Source of the DNA: an uncultured Bacilli bacterium
GTDB lineage: Bacteria > Bacillota_I > Bacilli_A > RF39 > UBA660
Assembly: GCA_944329465.1 (NCBI GenBank)
Contig: CALVII010000003.1
Location: 1-45,743 of the forward strand
Reading direction: 5' to 3'
DNA: 45,743 nt
Positions 1 through 9,925 of the stretch are shown here, in pieces (the stretch's first letter is position 1; each line of letters opens with the position of its first letter). Made by a program: the position numbers and the translations under genes. The notes beneath the pieces are model-generated. The model ran no database searches and had not been told where the DNA came from. It worked only from the letters and a program-made list of their open reading frames with translations.

Positions 1-1746
1 GCAGGTGTTGAACCACAAACTGAAACAGTTTGGAGACAAGCAACTGAATATAATGTTCCTAGAATGATTTTTGCCAATAAAATGGATAAAATGGGAGCAG
101 ATTTTGAATTTAGTTTAAAGAGTATTGAAGAACGTTTAGGTGTTAATGCTAAACCAATTGAATGGCCAATTGGTGCTGAAAGTAATTTTACTGGTGTAGT
201 TGATTTAATTACTAGAAAAGCTTATAAGTATGATGGAAAACCTGAAGAAAATCCAGAAATCATTGATATTCCTGCAGATTTAGTAGATATAGTTGAGGAA
301 AAACGTAATGACTTAATCGAAGCAGTTGCAGAATTTGATGATGATTTAATGAATAAATATTTAGAGGGAGAAGAAATTTCAGTTGATGAAATTAAAGCTG
401 CTATTAGAAAAGGAACTTTAGCTGTTAAATTCTTCCCTGTAATGTGTGGTACTGCACTTGGAAATAAAGGTATTAAATTATTACTTGATGCTGTAGTTGA
501 TTATTTACCAGCACCTACAGATGTTGAAGCAATTGAAGGTGTTGATATGAATGGTAATGAAATTAAAAGACATCCTAGTGATAACGAACCATTCTCAGCT
601 TTAGCATTTAAAGTTATGACTGATCCATTTGTTGGACGTTTAACTTTTATCAGAGTTTATTCTGGTCATTTATCTAATGGTTCATATGTATTAAATTCAA
701 ATAAAGATAAGAAGGAAAGAGTAGGACGTATCTTACAGATGCATGCTAATCACAGACAAGAAATTACCGATGTTTATACAGGAGATATTGCAGCAGTTGT
801 TGGTCTTAAAGCTACAACTACAGGTGATACTTTATGTGATGAAAAACATGCTTGTATATTAGCTCCTATGGAATTCCCAGAACCAGTTATTGAACTTGCT
901 GTTGAACCAAAATCTAAAGATGACCAAGATAAGATGGCTTTAGCTTTACAAAAATTATCTGAAGAAGATCCAACATTTAGAGCTACAACTGATCATGAAA
1001 CTGGTCAAACTATCATTGCTGGTGTTGGTGAATTACACTTAGACATCATTATTGATAGAATGAAAAGAGAATTTGGTGTTGAAGCTAATGTTGGTAACCC
1101 ACAAGTTGCTTATAGAGAAACTATTAAGAAAAAAGGCGACTGCGAAGGAAAATACATTAAACAATCAGGTGGCCGTGGACAATATGGACACGTTTGGGTT
1201 GAATTTGAACCTAATCCTGGTAAAGGATATGAGTTTGTTGATGCTATTGTTGGAGGTGTAGTTCCAAGAGAATACATTCCAGTAGTAGATAAAGGCTTAC
1301 AAGAAGCTATGGAATCTGGTATTTTAGCTGGATATCCTGTAATTGATGTTAAAGCTACTTTACATGATGGATCTTATCATGATGTTGATTCATCTGAAAT
1401 GGCATTTAAAGTTGCGGCATCTTTAGCTTTAAAAGAGGCTAAGAAAAATTGTGATCCAGTTATTTTGGAACCAATTATGAGTGTTGAAGTAACAGTTCCA
1501 GAAGAATTCTTAGGAACAGTTATGGGTGATATTACTGCAAGACGTGGTAGACCAATGGGTCAAAGCTCACGCGGTAATGCTTTGAATATTGATGCAATGG
1601 TACCACTTTCAGAAATGTTTGGATATGTAACAAGTTTACGTTCTAATACACAAGGTAGAGGTAACTTCTCAATGAAGTTTGATCACTATGAAGAAGTACC
1701 TAAAAATATCGCAGAAGATATTATCAAAAAAAATGGTGGAAACTAA
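1..1746 (+). CDS. fusA: Elongation factor G (5' end outside window)
   Basis: Frame is open from base 1 ([14 protein letters not shown]). NKMD G4 motif, [17 protein letters not shown] and [14 protein letters not shown] are EF-G signatures. Lies upstream of tuf. Confidence 0.99.
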   Translation, partial: AGVEPQTETVWRQATEYNVPRMIFANKMDKMGADFEFSLKSIEERLGVNAKPIEWPIGAESNFTGVVDLITRKAYKYDGKPEENPEIIDIPADLVDIVEEKRNDLIEAVAEFDDDLMNKYLEGEEISVDEIKAAIRKGTLAVKFFPVMCGTALGNKGIKLLLDAVVDYLPAPTDVEAIEGVDMNGNEIKRHPSDNEPFSALAFKVMTDPFVGRLTFIRVYSGHLSNGSYVLNSNKDKKERVGRILQMHANHRQEITDVYTGDIAAVVGLKATTTGDTLCDEKHACILAPMEFPEPVIELAVEPKSKDDQDKMALALQKLSEEDPTFRATTDHETGQTIIAGVGELHLDIIIDRMKREFGVEANVGNPQVAYRETIKKKGDCEGKYIKQSGGRGQYGHVWVEFEPNPGKGYEFVDAIVGGVVPREYIPVVDKGLQEAMESGILAGYPVIDVKATLHDGSYHDVDSSEMAFKVAASLALKEAKKNCDPVILEPIMSVEVTVPEEFLGTVMGDITARRGRPMGQSSRGNALNIDAMVPLSEMFGYVTSLRSNTQGRGNFSMKFDHYEEVPKNIAEDIIKKNGGN

Positions 1747-1756
1747 ATTAAAACAG

Positions 1757-1785
1757 TTGAAATTTTAGTTTAGTCATGTTAAAAT
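1757..1785 (+). promoter_or_regulatory. Predicted sigma-A promoter for tuf
   Basis: TTGAAA (1757-1762), 17 bp spacer, TGn-TAAAAT (1780-1785), then AAGGAGG SD before the tuf ATG. Confidence 0.7.
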
Positions 1786-1818
1786 GTTTATTGAAATAAG
1801 AAAAAGGAGGAAATTAAA

Positions 1819-3009
1819 ATGGCAAAAGAAAAATTTGACCGTTCAAAACCACATGTTAATATTGGTACTATTGGACACGTTGACCATGGTAAAACAACAT
1901 TAACTGCGGCTATTACAAAATATTTATCAGATCAAAATCCTAGTTGGGCTAAATTCGAAGCATATGCTGATATCGATAAAGCTCCAGAAGAAAGAGAACG
2001 TGGTATTACTATTAATACTGCTCATATCGAATATGAAACAGCTAATAGACACTATGCTCACGTTGACTGCCCAGGCCACGCTGACTATGTTAAAAACATG
2101 ATCACTGGTGCTGCTCAAATGGATGGTGCTATCTTAGTTATTGCGGCTACAGATGGACCTATGGCACAAACTCGTGAACACATCTTACTATCTCGTCAAG
2201 TTGGAGTACCTCGTATGGTTGTATTCTTAAATAAATGCGATATGGTAGATGATGAAGAATTATTAGACCTTGTTGAAATGGAAGTAAGAGAGCTATTAAC
2301 TGAATATGGTTATGATGGCGACAATACTCCAATTATCAGAGGTTCTGCTTTAAAAGCTTTAGAAGGAGACGCTAATTACGAAGCTAAAATTGGTGAGTTA
2401 ATGGATGCTGTTGATTCATGGATTGAAACTCCAGCTCGTGATAATGAAAAACCATTCTTAATGCCAATTGAAGATGTATTCACTATCACTGGACGTGGTA
2501 CAGTTGTTACTGGACGTGTTGAACGTGGTGAATTAAAATTAAATGAAGAAGTTGAAATCGTTGGACTTAAACCTACTAAGAAAACAGTTGTTACTGGTAT
2601 CGAAATGTTTAGAAAACAACTTGATTTTACTGAAGCAGGAGACAACACTGGATTATTACTTCGTGGTGTATCTCGTGATGAAGTTGAAAGAGGACAAGTT
2701 ATTGCTAAACCTGGTTCAGTTACTCCACATACTAAGTTCAAAGCTCAAGTTTATGTACTTAGTAAAGAAGAAGGTGGAAGACATACTCCATTCTTCAGTA
2801 ACTATCGTCCACAATTCTACTTCCGTACAACTGATGTAACTGGTGTTATTGAATTACCTGAAGGTGTTGAAATGGTAATGCCTGGTGACAATGTTGAAAT
2901 GACAGTAGAATTAATCGCACCAATCGCTATTGAAAATGGTACTAAATTCTCTATCCGTGAAGGTGGTAGAACAGTTGGTGCTGGTAACGTTTCAGAAGTT
3001 ATCGAATAA
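1819..3009 (+). CDS. tuf: Elongation factor Tu
   Basis: [56 protein letters not shown]. Confidence 0.99.
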   Translation: MAKEKFDRSKPHVNIGTIGHVDHGKTTLTAAITKYLSDQNPSWAKFEAYADIDKAPEERERGITINTAHIEYETANRHYAHVDCPGHADYVKNMITGAAQMDGAILVIAATDGPMAQTREHILLSRQVGVPRMVVFLNKCDMVDDEELLDLVEMEVRELLTEYGYDGDNTPIIRGSALKALEGDANYEAKIGELMDAVDSWIETPARDNEKPFLMPIEDVFTITGRGTVVTGRVERGELKLNEEVEIVGLKPTKKTVVTGIEMFRKQLDFTEAGDNTGLLLRGVSRDEVERGQVIAKPGSVTPHTKFKAQVYVLSKEEGGRHTPFFSNYRPQFYFRTTDVTGVIELPEGVEMVMPGDNVEMTVELIAPIAIENGTKFSIREGGRTVGAGNVSEVIE

Positions 3010-3021
3010 TAAATGTTTATT

Positions 3022-3049
3022 AAAATCAGAGATTTTCTCTGGTTTTTTT
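3022..3049 (+). terminator. Intrinsic terminator of fusA-tuf
   Basis: AAAATCAGAGA-TTT-TCTCTGGTTTT hairpin followed by a T-run, just after the tuf stop. Confidence 0.8.
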
Positions 3050-3182
3050 ATTCTTTATATAATTTATTTTGTTGACCTTTGATGTTTTTAAATATATTAG
3101 ATATAAAATGGTGTTTGTTATAAAATTTATTATGTGATAAAAAATATATTTGATATAAGCGTTTTTATTATTGGCGTTTTCA

Positions 3183-3211
3183 TTGACTTTTATATGAAAA
3201 AACAATATAAT
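3183..3211 (+). promoter_or_regulatory. Predicted sigma-A promoter of the hisS-aspS operon
   Basis: TTGACT (3183-3188), 17 bp spacer, TATAAT (3206-3211). Confidence 0.75.
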
Positions 3212-3236
3212 TTTAAATAGTGAAAGGGTGTATAAT

Positions 3237-4517
3237 ATGTTACAAAAACCAAAGGGAACTTATGATATATATGGCGACAAAGCTTTAACTTATCTTTATT
3301 TTAGAAAAATAGCCAAAGCTTTAATGGATAAATACAATGCGAAGTTTATTGAAACTCCAATATTTGAATCAAGTGAGCTTTTTCATAGAGGTGTTGGAGA
3401 AACTACGGATATTGTAAGTAAGGAAACTTATGATTTTAAGGATAGAGGAGATAGAAATTTAACGCTTAGACCAGAAGGAACGGCTGGTATTGTTAGATGT
3501 TTTATTGAAAATAAGTTATATGTGGAAAATTTACCTTTAAAAACATGGTATTTAGGACCAATGTTTAGATATGAAAGACCGCAAGCAGGAAGATATAGAG
3601 AATTTTATCAATTTGGGGTTGAAGCTTTTGGCTCTAATGATCCAATGATGGATGCAGAAATTATTGGTATGGCTTGTAATTTATTTAAGATATTAGGTTT
3701 AAAAGGAGTAAGTGTTAATATAAATACTTTGGGAGATAAAGAATCTAGAGAAAATTATAGAAAAGCTTTGCTTGATTATTTTAAACCTTATTTAAATGAT
3801 TTATGTGAAGATTGTCAGAGAAGATATGAAAAAAATCCTCTACGTATTTTAGATTGTAAAGTAGATAGTTCTAATGAAATTATGAAAGATGCACCTAAAA
3901 TATTAGATTATTTAAATGAAGAAAGTAAAAAACATTTTGACAAAGTAAAAGAGTATTTAGATGCGATGAATATAGATTATAAAGTTAATCCAAATATTGT
4001 TAGAGGACTTGATTATTATACGCACACTGTATTTGAAGTTCAAGCTGATATTAAAGGCTTTGGTGCTCAAAGTACTTTGGCTGCTGGCGGAAGATATGAC
4101 CATTTAGTGGAATTTATTGGTGGTCCTAGTGTACCTGGTGTTGGTTTTGCTTTAGGTTTAGAAAGATTATTTTTAGCTTTAGATGCCGAAAAAATAGATA
4201 TTAGAGAAGTTGTTTGTCCTGATGTTTATATATTTAGTGCGGGAGAGAATCAAAAAACTAATGTTTTAGCTTTAGCTAATGATTTAAGAATGGCTGGTTT
4301 TAATACTGAAGTTGATTATGATTCAAAGAATTTTAAAAGTAACTTTAAAAGAGCTGATAAAGTTATGGCTAAATATATTATTATAATTGGAGAAGAAGAA
4401 GTTAATACTAAAATTTTAACAGTTAAAAATAATGAAACTAAGGAAGAATATAAAGTTGAATTAGATAAATTAATAGAGTTTTTAGATGAAAAAATAGGTG
4501 ATGAGGATGAAGATTAA
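3237..4517 (+). CDS. hisS: Histidyl-tRNA synthetase
   Basis: KPKGTYD, LRPEGTAG, FRYERPQAGRYREFYQ (motif 2), VRGLDYY, GGRYD, GFALGLERL. ATG at 3237 follows the AAAGGGTG SD; the ORF track starts at GTG 3228. Confidence 0.98.
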   Translation: MLQKPKGTYDIYGDKALTYLYFRKIAKALMDKYNAKFIETPIFESSELFHRGVGETTDIVSKETYDFKDRGDRNLTLRPEGTAGIVRCFIENKLYVENLPLKTWYLGPMFRYERPQAGRYREFYQFGVEAFGSNDPMMDAEIIGMACNLFKILGLKGVSVNINTLGDKESRENYRKALLDYFKPYLNDLCEDCQRRYEKNPLRILDCKVDSSNEIMKDAPKILDYLNEESKKHFDKVKEYLDAMNIDYKVNPNIVRGLDYYTHTVFEVQADIKGFGAQSTLAAGGRYDHLVEFIGGPSVPGVGFALGLERLFLALDAEKIDIREVVCPDVYIFSAGENQKTNVLALANDLRMAGFNTEVDYDSKNFKSNFKRADKVMAKYIIIIGEEEVNTKILTVKNNETKEEYKVELDKLIEFLDEKIGDEDED

Positions 4518-6231
4518 CAATACAAGTATTGGTAAGAAAAATGTGGGAGAGACAGTTACTTTATATGGCTGGGTTAATAGAAAAAGAGATTTAGGTGGAC
4601 TTGTTTTTATTGATTTAAGAGATAGAAGTGGAATTATTCAATTGGTGGTTGACCCTAAAAGTGGAGTATATGATTTAGCCAGCACCCTTAAAAACGAATA
4701 TGTTATAAAAGTAAGTGGTAAAGTTGTTTTAAGAAAAGAAGCTAATAAAAATTTAAAAACTGGCGAGGTTGAAATAGAGGTTTTATCTTTAGATATTTTA
4801 AATAAATCTATTGATTTACCTTTTGATTTAAATAATGTAACAGCTTTAGAGGATACAAGACTAAAATACCGTTATTTAGATTTAAGGAGAGAAGAGCTTA
4901 AGAATAATTTAATGGTTAAACATAAAGTGATGCAAAGTGCGAGAAAATATTTAAATTCTTTAGATTTTATGGAAATAGAAACACCAATTCTTTGTAAATC
5001 AACACCTGAAGGAGCTAGAGATTACTTAGTGCCATCTAGAGTTAATAAAGGTTGTTTTTATGCTTTACCACAATCTCCTCAACTTTTTAAACAAATACTT
5101 ATGATGAGTTCTATGGAGAGATATTATCAAATTGCTAGATGTTTTAGGGATGAGGATTTACGCGCTGATAGACAACCAGAATTTACGCAAATTGATATGG
5201 AAATGAGCTTTTTATCACAAGATGAAATTATGAATATTACTGAAGGGTTACTTTATAATATATTTAAGGAAGTAAAAAATATAGAAATAAAACTTCCTAT
5301 TAATAGAATGACTTATGATGAAGCTATTAATTTATATGGTTCAGATAAACCAGATTTAAGATTTGAAAATCCTATTTATGATATTACAGATTATTTTAAA
5401 GAAAGTGATTTTAGTTTATTTAAAAATATTATAAATGATGGTGGAATAATTAACGCTTTGGTATTTAATGCGGCAGATAAATATTCGAGAAAAGATATTG
5501 ATAAGTTAACAGATTATGTTAAAACTTATGGAGCTAAAGCTTTAGCTTTCTTAAAATATAATGGTGAGTTTACTGGTAGTATTGCTAAATTTGTAAATGA
5601 AGAAATAGGTAAAAATTTAATTAGAAGTTTAGATTTAAAAGATAATGATCTGGTTTTAATTATAGCGGGCGATAAGAAAATGGTTAAGACTTCTTTGGGA
5701 GCTTTAAGGTGTAAAGTAGCTAAAGATTTAGATTTAATTTCTAAAGATAAATATGCTTTAACTTGGGTAACTGATTTTCCGATGTTTGAATATAGTGAGG
5801 AAGAAGAAAGGTATATTGCTTGCCATCATCCATTTACTTTGCCACAGGATATAGATGGTTTGGATGATAAAGAAAATGCGAAAGCATATGCTTATGATAT
5901 AGTTATTAATGGTTATGAAGCAGGTGGTGGAAGTCTTAGAATATATAATCCTTTAGACCAGGAAAAAGTGCTAGAGGCTTTAGGATTTTCTAAAGAGCAA
6001 GCTTTAAGCCAGTTTGGATTTTTATTAGATGCTTTAAAATATGGTTGTCCACCTCATGGAGGTTTGGCTTTAGGATTAGAAAGACTTACTATGATACTTT
6101 GCGGTACGGAAAATATCCGTGATGTTATTGCTTTTCCTAAAACGACAAGTGCGTCTTGTTTAATGACTGAAGCTCCTAGTGAAGTTGCTTTAAAACAATT
6201 GGATGAATTACATATAAAAATTAGTGAATAA
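4507..6231 (+). CDS. aspS: Aspartyl-tRNA synthetase
   Basis: GWV..RDLGGLVFIDLRDRSG OB-fold, STPEGARDYLVP, PQSPQLFKQ, FRDEDLRADRQPEFTQ, PPHGGLALGLERL. Start is 4501 or 4507, overlapping the hisS end. Confidence 0.98.
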   Translation: MKINNTSIGKKNVGETVTLYGWVNRKRDLGGLVFIDLRDRSGIIQLVVDPKSGVYDLASTLKNEYVIKVSGKVVLRKEANKNLKTGEVEIEVLSLDILNKSIDLPFDLNNVTALEDTRLKYRYLDLRREELKNNLMVKHKVMQSARKYLNSLDFMEIETPILCKSTPEGARDYLVPSRVNKGCFYALPQSPQLFKQILMMSSMERYYQIARCFRDEDLRADRQPEFTQIDMEMSFLSQDEIMNITEGLLYNIFKEVKNIEIKLPINRMTYDEAINLYGSDKPDLRFENPIYDITDYFKESDFSLFKNIINDGGIINALVFNAADKYSRKDIDKLTDYVKTYGAKALAFLKYNGEFTGSIAKFVNEEIGKNLIRSLDLKDNDLVLIIAGDKKMVKTSLGALRCKVAKDLDLISKDKYALTWVTDFPMFEYSEEEERYIACHHPFTLPQDIDGLDDKENAKAYAYDIVINGYEAGGGSLRIYNPLDQEKVLEALGFSKEQALSQFGFLLDALKYGCPPHGGLALGLERLTMILCGTENIRDVIAFPKTTSASCLMTEAPSEVALKQLDELHIKISE

Positions 6232-6257
6232 AAGGGGCTTTAGGAATAGGTGGTTAC

Positions 6258-7196
6258 ATGAATAGACAAGAGATTTATGAATTATTAAAAGATAATCTTT
6301 GTATTCAAGATAAAGCTTTACAAAAATTAGTATGGGCACTTTATAATAATTTTTATAATGATAGTGTTAAACAAAATATTTTACTTATTGGCGATAGAGG
6401 AACTGGGAAAACAACAATGCTTAAAAAAGCGGCAGATTTAATGGATATTCCTTTTGGAGAGGTTTACAATGCTTTTTCTTTTGAGAATATTAACATGAAT
6501 TTACTTAGTAATGGATTGGTCCAACTAGGTATGAATAGTGATACTTATGAAGGTATTTTATTACTTCATGATTTTCAAGATGCTTTTATAAAAGGCCACA
6601 GTTTAGAATTTAATGCTATGGTGGCTTCTAATGTTTTAAATTTAAATAACTACGGATATTTTAATACATCTAATATATGCTTTGTGGGAGAGATAGATAC
6701 TGATAATGTAAGGGATATTTTTGGAAATGATTTGATTTTATCTGATTTAGATACCAATGATTTTACTTCACCTACTTTGAGTATAATTCAAGGCTATTTA
6801 ACTAATGTGAATAGAATTAAAGAAGATAAAGATGGTAATAGGAGTGCGAATATTGGGTTTGAAAAATATGTTTCAAATGTAATTAAAAGCCGTTTTTTAG
6901 CTTCGACAACTTTGGATGTATTTAAACAAAGAATTTATATGGAAGATATGGGAGCTAGTGATATTGTTAAAGCTTTATCTTCGTCAATTTCGGCTTTAAA
7001 TTTATATAAAGATGATTTACTTGAAGATTATTTGTCTTCAGAAGAATTTGTGCGAAAAGTAGCGGGTTATATTTTGGAAAGTGGCGAAGGTCTTCATGCG
7101 ACTAATGCAGCTATTGAAAATGTTTTTATGAATGATTATAAACATGGTGCGAAGGTTTTGAAAAATGATTCTTTATTTATTTCTCACAAAAAATAA
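6258..7196 (+). CDS. Divergent ClpX/HslU-like AAA+ P-loop protein (paralog 1), degenerate Walker B
   Basis: NILLIGDRGTGKTT Walker A. N-terminal 'QDKALQKLVWALYN', 'DIPF' and 'NTSNICF' align by eye to the ClpX core. Walker B region reads GILLLHD. No N-terminal Zn-finger. AGGTGG SD. Confidence 0.65.
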   Translation: MNRQEIYELLKDNLCIQDKALQKLVWALYNNFYNDSVKQNILLIGDRGTGKTTMLKKAADLMDIPFGEVYNAFSFENINMNLLSNGLVQLGMNSDTYEGILLLHDFQDAFIKGHSLEFNAMVASNVLNLNNYGYFNTSNICFVGEIDTDNVRDIFGNDLILSDLDTNDFTSPTLSIIQGYLTNVNRIKEDKDGNRSANIGFEKYVSNVIKSRFLASTTLDVFKQRIYMEDMGASDIVKALSSSISALNLYKDDLLEDYLSSEEFVRKVAGYILESGEGLHATNAAIENVFMNDYKHGAKVLKNDSLFISHKK

Positions 7197-7214
7197 ATGT
7201 TTGGAGGTAGTAAT

Positions 7215-8144
7215 ATGGAAACTCAAAATGTATATAATGAGTTAAAAGAACTGTTATGTAATCAGGATAATGCTTTGAAGGAACTAGTTTGGACTATTGC
7301 TAGAAATAAAAAATTATCTAAACCAAAGAATGTTTTATTAGTTGGGGAAGTTGGAAGTGGTAAAACTACAATGGTTAAACTTGTGGCTGATAAATTAGGT
7401 TTACCTTTAGCTGAAATGTCTGGTTTTTGTACACCTTATGGCACTATTCCGATCACACTTTATAATGCTTGTACTAAACTTTATGTCGAAAATAAAGGTC
7501 AAAGTTATAAGGGAATTGTTTTAATTCATGATATGAAGGATGTCTTTCTTTGTGGGGGTCTCGATACTTTAAATTCAGTTATTACTTCTGGTGTATTTAC
7601 TTATGAAAATCATTTTTTGAATATTTCTGAAACTATGTTTATAGGTGAAGTGGATAATAATGGTTTAGAAGATTGTTTCATAGAAAAACCTGTATATACT
7701 CTTGATAATATAGACGAGGCTATTTATTCTTCTTCTGATAATGGTGATGAGGTTAAAGATTTAATTAATCAATTAATAACTAATCCTTCAGAAGACTTGG
7801 AAGAGAATTCGGTGTACAATTGGATGTTTAGGGAAGCTTTAATGAAGACCTTTTTGTCTTTGGAATGTAGTAGGGTTTTTAATAAGAAAATTTTTATGGA
7901 TCGTATAAATTTTAAAAATATTAAAAATGCTTTGAAATCTCCAATTTCAGAGTTACAGACATATGACGATGATTTATGTGAAGAGTACATGAACTCAGAA
8001 GAGTTTATTAATTCGGTAGCTGAACATATTGAAGAGAGTTTAGTTGGATTACATGATTTAGATGATGCGGTTAGGGATGTATCTAGCTTTGATAGTAAAA
8101 GAAAAAGAAAGGTATATAAAGATCGTTCTTTAATGAGGTTTTAA
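7215..8144 (+). CDS. Divergent ClpX/HslU-like AAA+ P-loop protein (paralog 2), degenerate Walker B
   Basis: KNVLLVGEVGSGKTT Walker A and GIVLIHD. Visibly paralogous to 6258-7196 (LCxQDxALxxLVW; SSISALNLYKDDLLEDYLSSEEF vs SPISELQTYDDDLCEEYMNSEEF; GLH). GGAGG SD favours ATG 7215. Confidence 0.65.
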   Translation: METQNVYNELKELLCNQDNALKELVWTIARNKKLSKPKNVLLVGEVGSGKTTMVKLVADKLGLPLAEMSGFCTPYGTIPITLYNACTKLYVENKGQSYKGIVLIHDMKDVFLCGGLDTLNSVITSGVFTYENHFLNISETMFIGEVDNNGLEDCFIEKPVYTLDNIDEAIYSSSDNGDEVKDLINQLITNPSEDLEENSVYNWMFREALMKTFLSLECSRVFNKKIFMDRINFKNIKNALKSPISELQTYDDDLCEEYMNSEEFINSVAEHIEESLVGLHDLDDAVRDVSSFDSKRKRKVYKDRSLMRF

Positions 8145-8145
8145 T

Positions 8146-8943
8146 TTGGAAAAATATAAAGAGATAGAAAGAAGTATTATTAAAAAATTTAGACCATCTA
8201 TATGGCATAAGTTTGTCAAGGCTGTTCATGATTATGAGTTAATTAAAGAAAACGATAAGGTTGCTGTATGTATAAGCGGTGGTAAGGATTCTTTTTTGCT
8301 GGCGAAATGTTTAGAGGAATTACAAAGACATGGGAAGGTTAAGTTTGATTTAGAATATATTATTATGAATCCTGGTTATACGGAAGAAGTTTTAGATAAA
8401 ATTAAGGATAATTTGAAGTTGTTAAATATAGATGCTCATATATTTGAGAGTTCTATTTTTAAAGTTGTTAATAAAGAGAAAAATCCTTGTTTTTTATGTG
8501 CGAAAATGCGGAGGGGATATCTATATAATTATGCGAAGAAACTTGGATGTAATAAAATTGCTTTGGGTCATCACTATGATGATGTTATAGAAACTATTTT
8601 AATGAATTTAATATATAATGGGATGTTTGCAGGAATGATGCCAAAACTAAAAAGTGATAATTTTGAGGGTATGGAACTTATCAGGCCTTTATATTTAGTT
8701 AGAGAGGAAAGTATTTTAGATTGGGCAAGATACAATGAATTATCGTTTATCGATTGTGCGTGCAGTGTTACTAAAAAAAATATTGGTAAAAGAAATGAAA
8801 TGAAAAAATTAGTTAAAATGTTGAAGGAATATTATGTTGATGCGGATATGAATATATTTAATTCAATTAGTAATGTTAAACTTGATAAGGTTATAACATA
8901 CTTTGAAGATAATGAAAAACATAATTTTTTGGATAAATATTAG
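8146..8943 (+). CDS. ttcA: tRNA 2-thiocytidine biosynthesis TtcA-family protein
   Basis: PP-loop SGGKDS, CxxC (PCFLC..MRRG), IALGHHYDD..ET, IRPL, C-terminal CAC. TTG start with GAGG SD. Confidence 0.85.
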   Translation: MEKYKEIERSIIKKFRPSIWHKFVKAVHDYELIKENDKVAVCISGGKDSFLLAKCLEELQRHGKVKFDLEYIIMNPGYTEEVLDKIKDNLKLLNIDAHIFESSIFKVVNKEKNPCFLCAKMRRGYLYNYAKKLGCNKIALGHHYDDVIETILMNLIYNGMFAGMMPKLKSDNFEGMELIRPLYLVREESILDWARYNELSFIDCACSVTKKNIGKRNEMKKLVKMLKEYYVDADMNIFNSISNVKLDKVITYFEDNEKHNFLDKY

Positions 8944-8969
8944 CTATAACGATGAAGTTATAGTTTTTT
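8942..8969 (+). terminator. Intrinsic terminator closing the hisS...ttcA run
   Basis: AGCTATAAC-GATGAA-GTTATAGTT followed by a T-run. Confidence 0.7.
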
Positions 8970-9078
8970 CTAATAAAAATGGTATAATATAAAATGGAAG
9001 GTATTATGGTTAAATAAAAGGGTGTAGAAACTATTTATAATTAAAATATGATTTAGGATTTGAAAGTGTGAGGTAATT

Positions 9079-9657
9079 ATGAAAGAAGAATTAGAAATTT
9101 GTGTAAGATCTTTGGTAACTTTTAATGAACTTTATGATGATATGATTAAAAAAGGTTTTCATGAACAGGAAAATTTTATTTTAAATGATATTTATTTGGT
9201 TAAAGATGATATGGAAGTATCTTTAGAAAATGAGAAAGCTATTTTTTCTAATTATGTTTTAATTAGAGAAACGGTTGGTAAAAGAAAAATGCTTGTTTTA
9301 AAGCATAAGGAAGTAAAAGAAAATGGTGAGGTAAAACAAGAATCTATTAAATGTCCAATTACTGATATAGATAAAGCTTATGATTTTATGAAAGTTTTAG
9401 GATATAAAAAAATATTTGAAATAAGTGACCATAATATTTTAATGAGTAATGGAAAGAATGAAATTTATATTCAAGATGTTAAGGGTATTGGAACTTATGT
9501 AGAGATGGAACAAAAGAATTTACTATTAGAAAATAATAATGGTAATACTATAGAAGAGATGAAAAGTATATTAAAAGAATATAATTTAAAAATTGATACG
9601 AATGATTATTTTGTTAGAAAAGCGTATGATGCTTTAAAATTATATTATGAAAAATAA
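9079..9657 (+). CDS. CYTH-domain (CyaB/triphosphate tunnel metalloenzyme-like) protein
   Basis: N-terminal ExE (EELEIC), 'DIYL', 'LIRE', 'LVLK', 'LGYKKIFEI', 'IQDVKGIGTYVEME' pattern and ~190 aa size. GAGGT SD. Confidence 0.7.
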   Translation: MKEELEICVRSLVTFNELYDDMIKKGFHEQENFILNDIYLVKDDMEVSLENEKAIFSNYVLIRETVGKRKMLVLKHKEVKENGEVKQESIKCPITDIDKAYDFMKVLGYKKIFEISDHNILMSNGKNEIYIQDVKGIGTYVEMEQKNLLLENNNGNTIEEMKSILKEYNLKIDTNDYFVRKAYDALKLYYEK

Positions 9658-9698
9658 TGTGAAGTTTTGTAAATGTGCTGGTAAAAAACAGATATATA

Positions 9699-9707
9699 TG
9701 ATATAAT
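9699..9707 (+). promoter_or_regulatory. Extended -10 promoter for 6S RNA
   Basis: TGA-TATAAT ending 6 nt before the first base of the closing stem (G9714). Confidence 0.65.
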
Positions 9708-9713
9708 TTAATT

Positions 9714-9880
9714 GTCTAAAAGAAGAATACCGCTATGAAAAACCTACTAAGTATAACGATTGGGAGTCTAATTCTCTGGTGGTGTAGAATACTTTAATTT
9801 ATTAAAGGATCCTAAAACCAGTGATGTGATGCCCACCTGGGAGATCAGGTTTTTAATTCGTTAAGGGTTCTCTTTTGGAC
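9714..9880 (+). ncRNA. ssrS: 6S RNA
   Basis: Rod-like fold: GTCTAAAAGAAGAA/TTCTCTTTTGGAC closing stem, AAAAACCT/AGGTTTTT, central bubble, TGGG/CCCA, CTGGT/ACCAG, apical CTTTAAT/ATTAAAG. Carries GGGAG and CCCACCTG...GGTT motifs typical of Firmicutes 6S. Own promoter and terminator; lies downstream of aspS like B. subtilis 6S-1. Confidence 0.85.
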
Positions 9881-9891
9881 TTTGCTTAATA

Positions 9892-9914
9892 GCGAGGGTT
9901 TAGCCCTCGTTTTA
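9892..9914. terminator. Terminator between 6S RNA and convergent rnhC
   Basis: GCGAGGGT-TTA-GCCCTCGT followed by TTT. Confidence 0.8.
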
Positions 9915-9925
9915 ATATAAAAGAA

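Noticed and set aside
1073..2839. Short alternative-frame or antisense ORFs within fusA and tuf (1073-1261, 1927-2118, 2376-2741, 2543-2839)
   Set aside because: Fully nested in highly conserved genes; explained by codon bias; no SD or recognisable motif.
8994..9017. Seven-codon ORF MEGIMVK upstream of the CYTH gene as a leader peptide
   Set aside because: No attenuator structure or informative codon run; cannot be supported.
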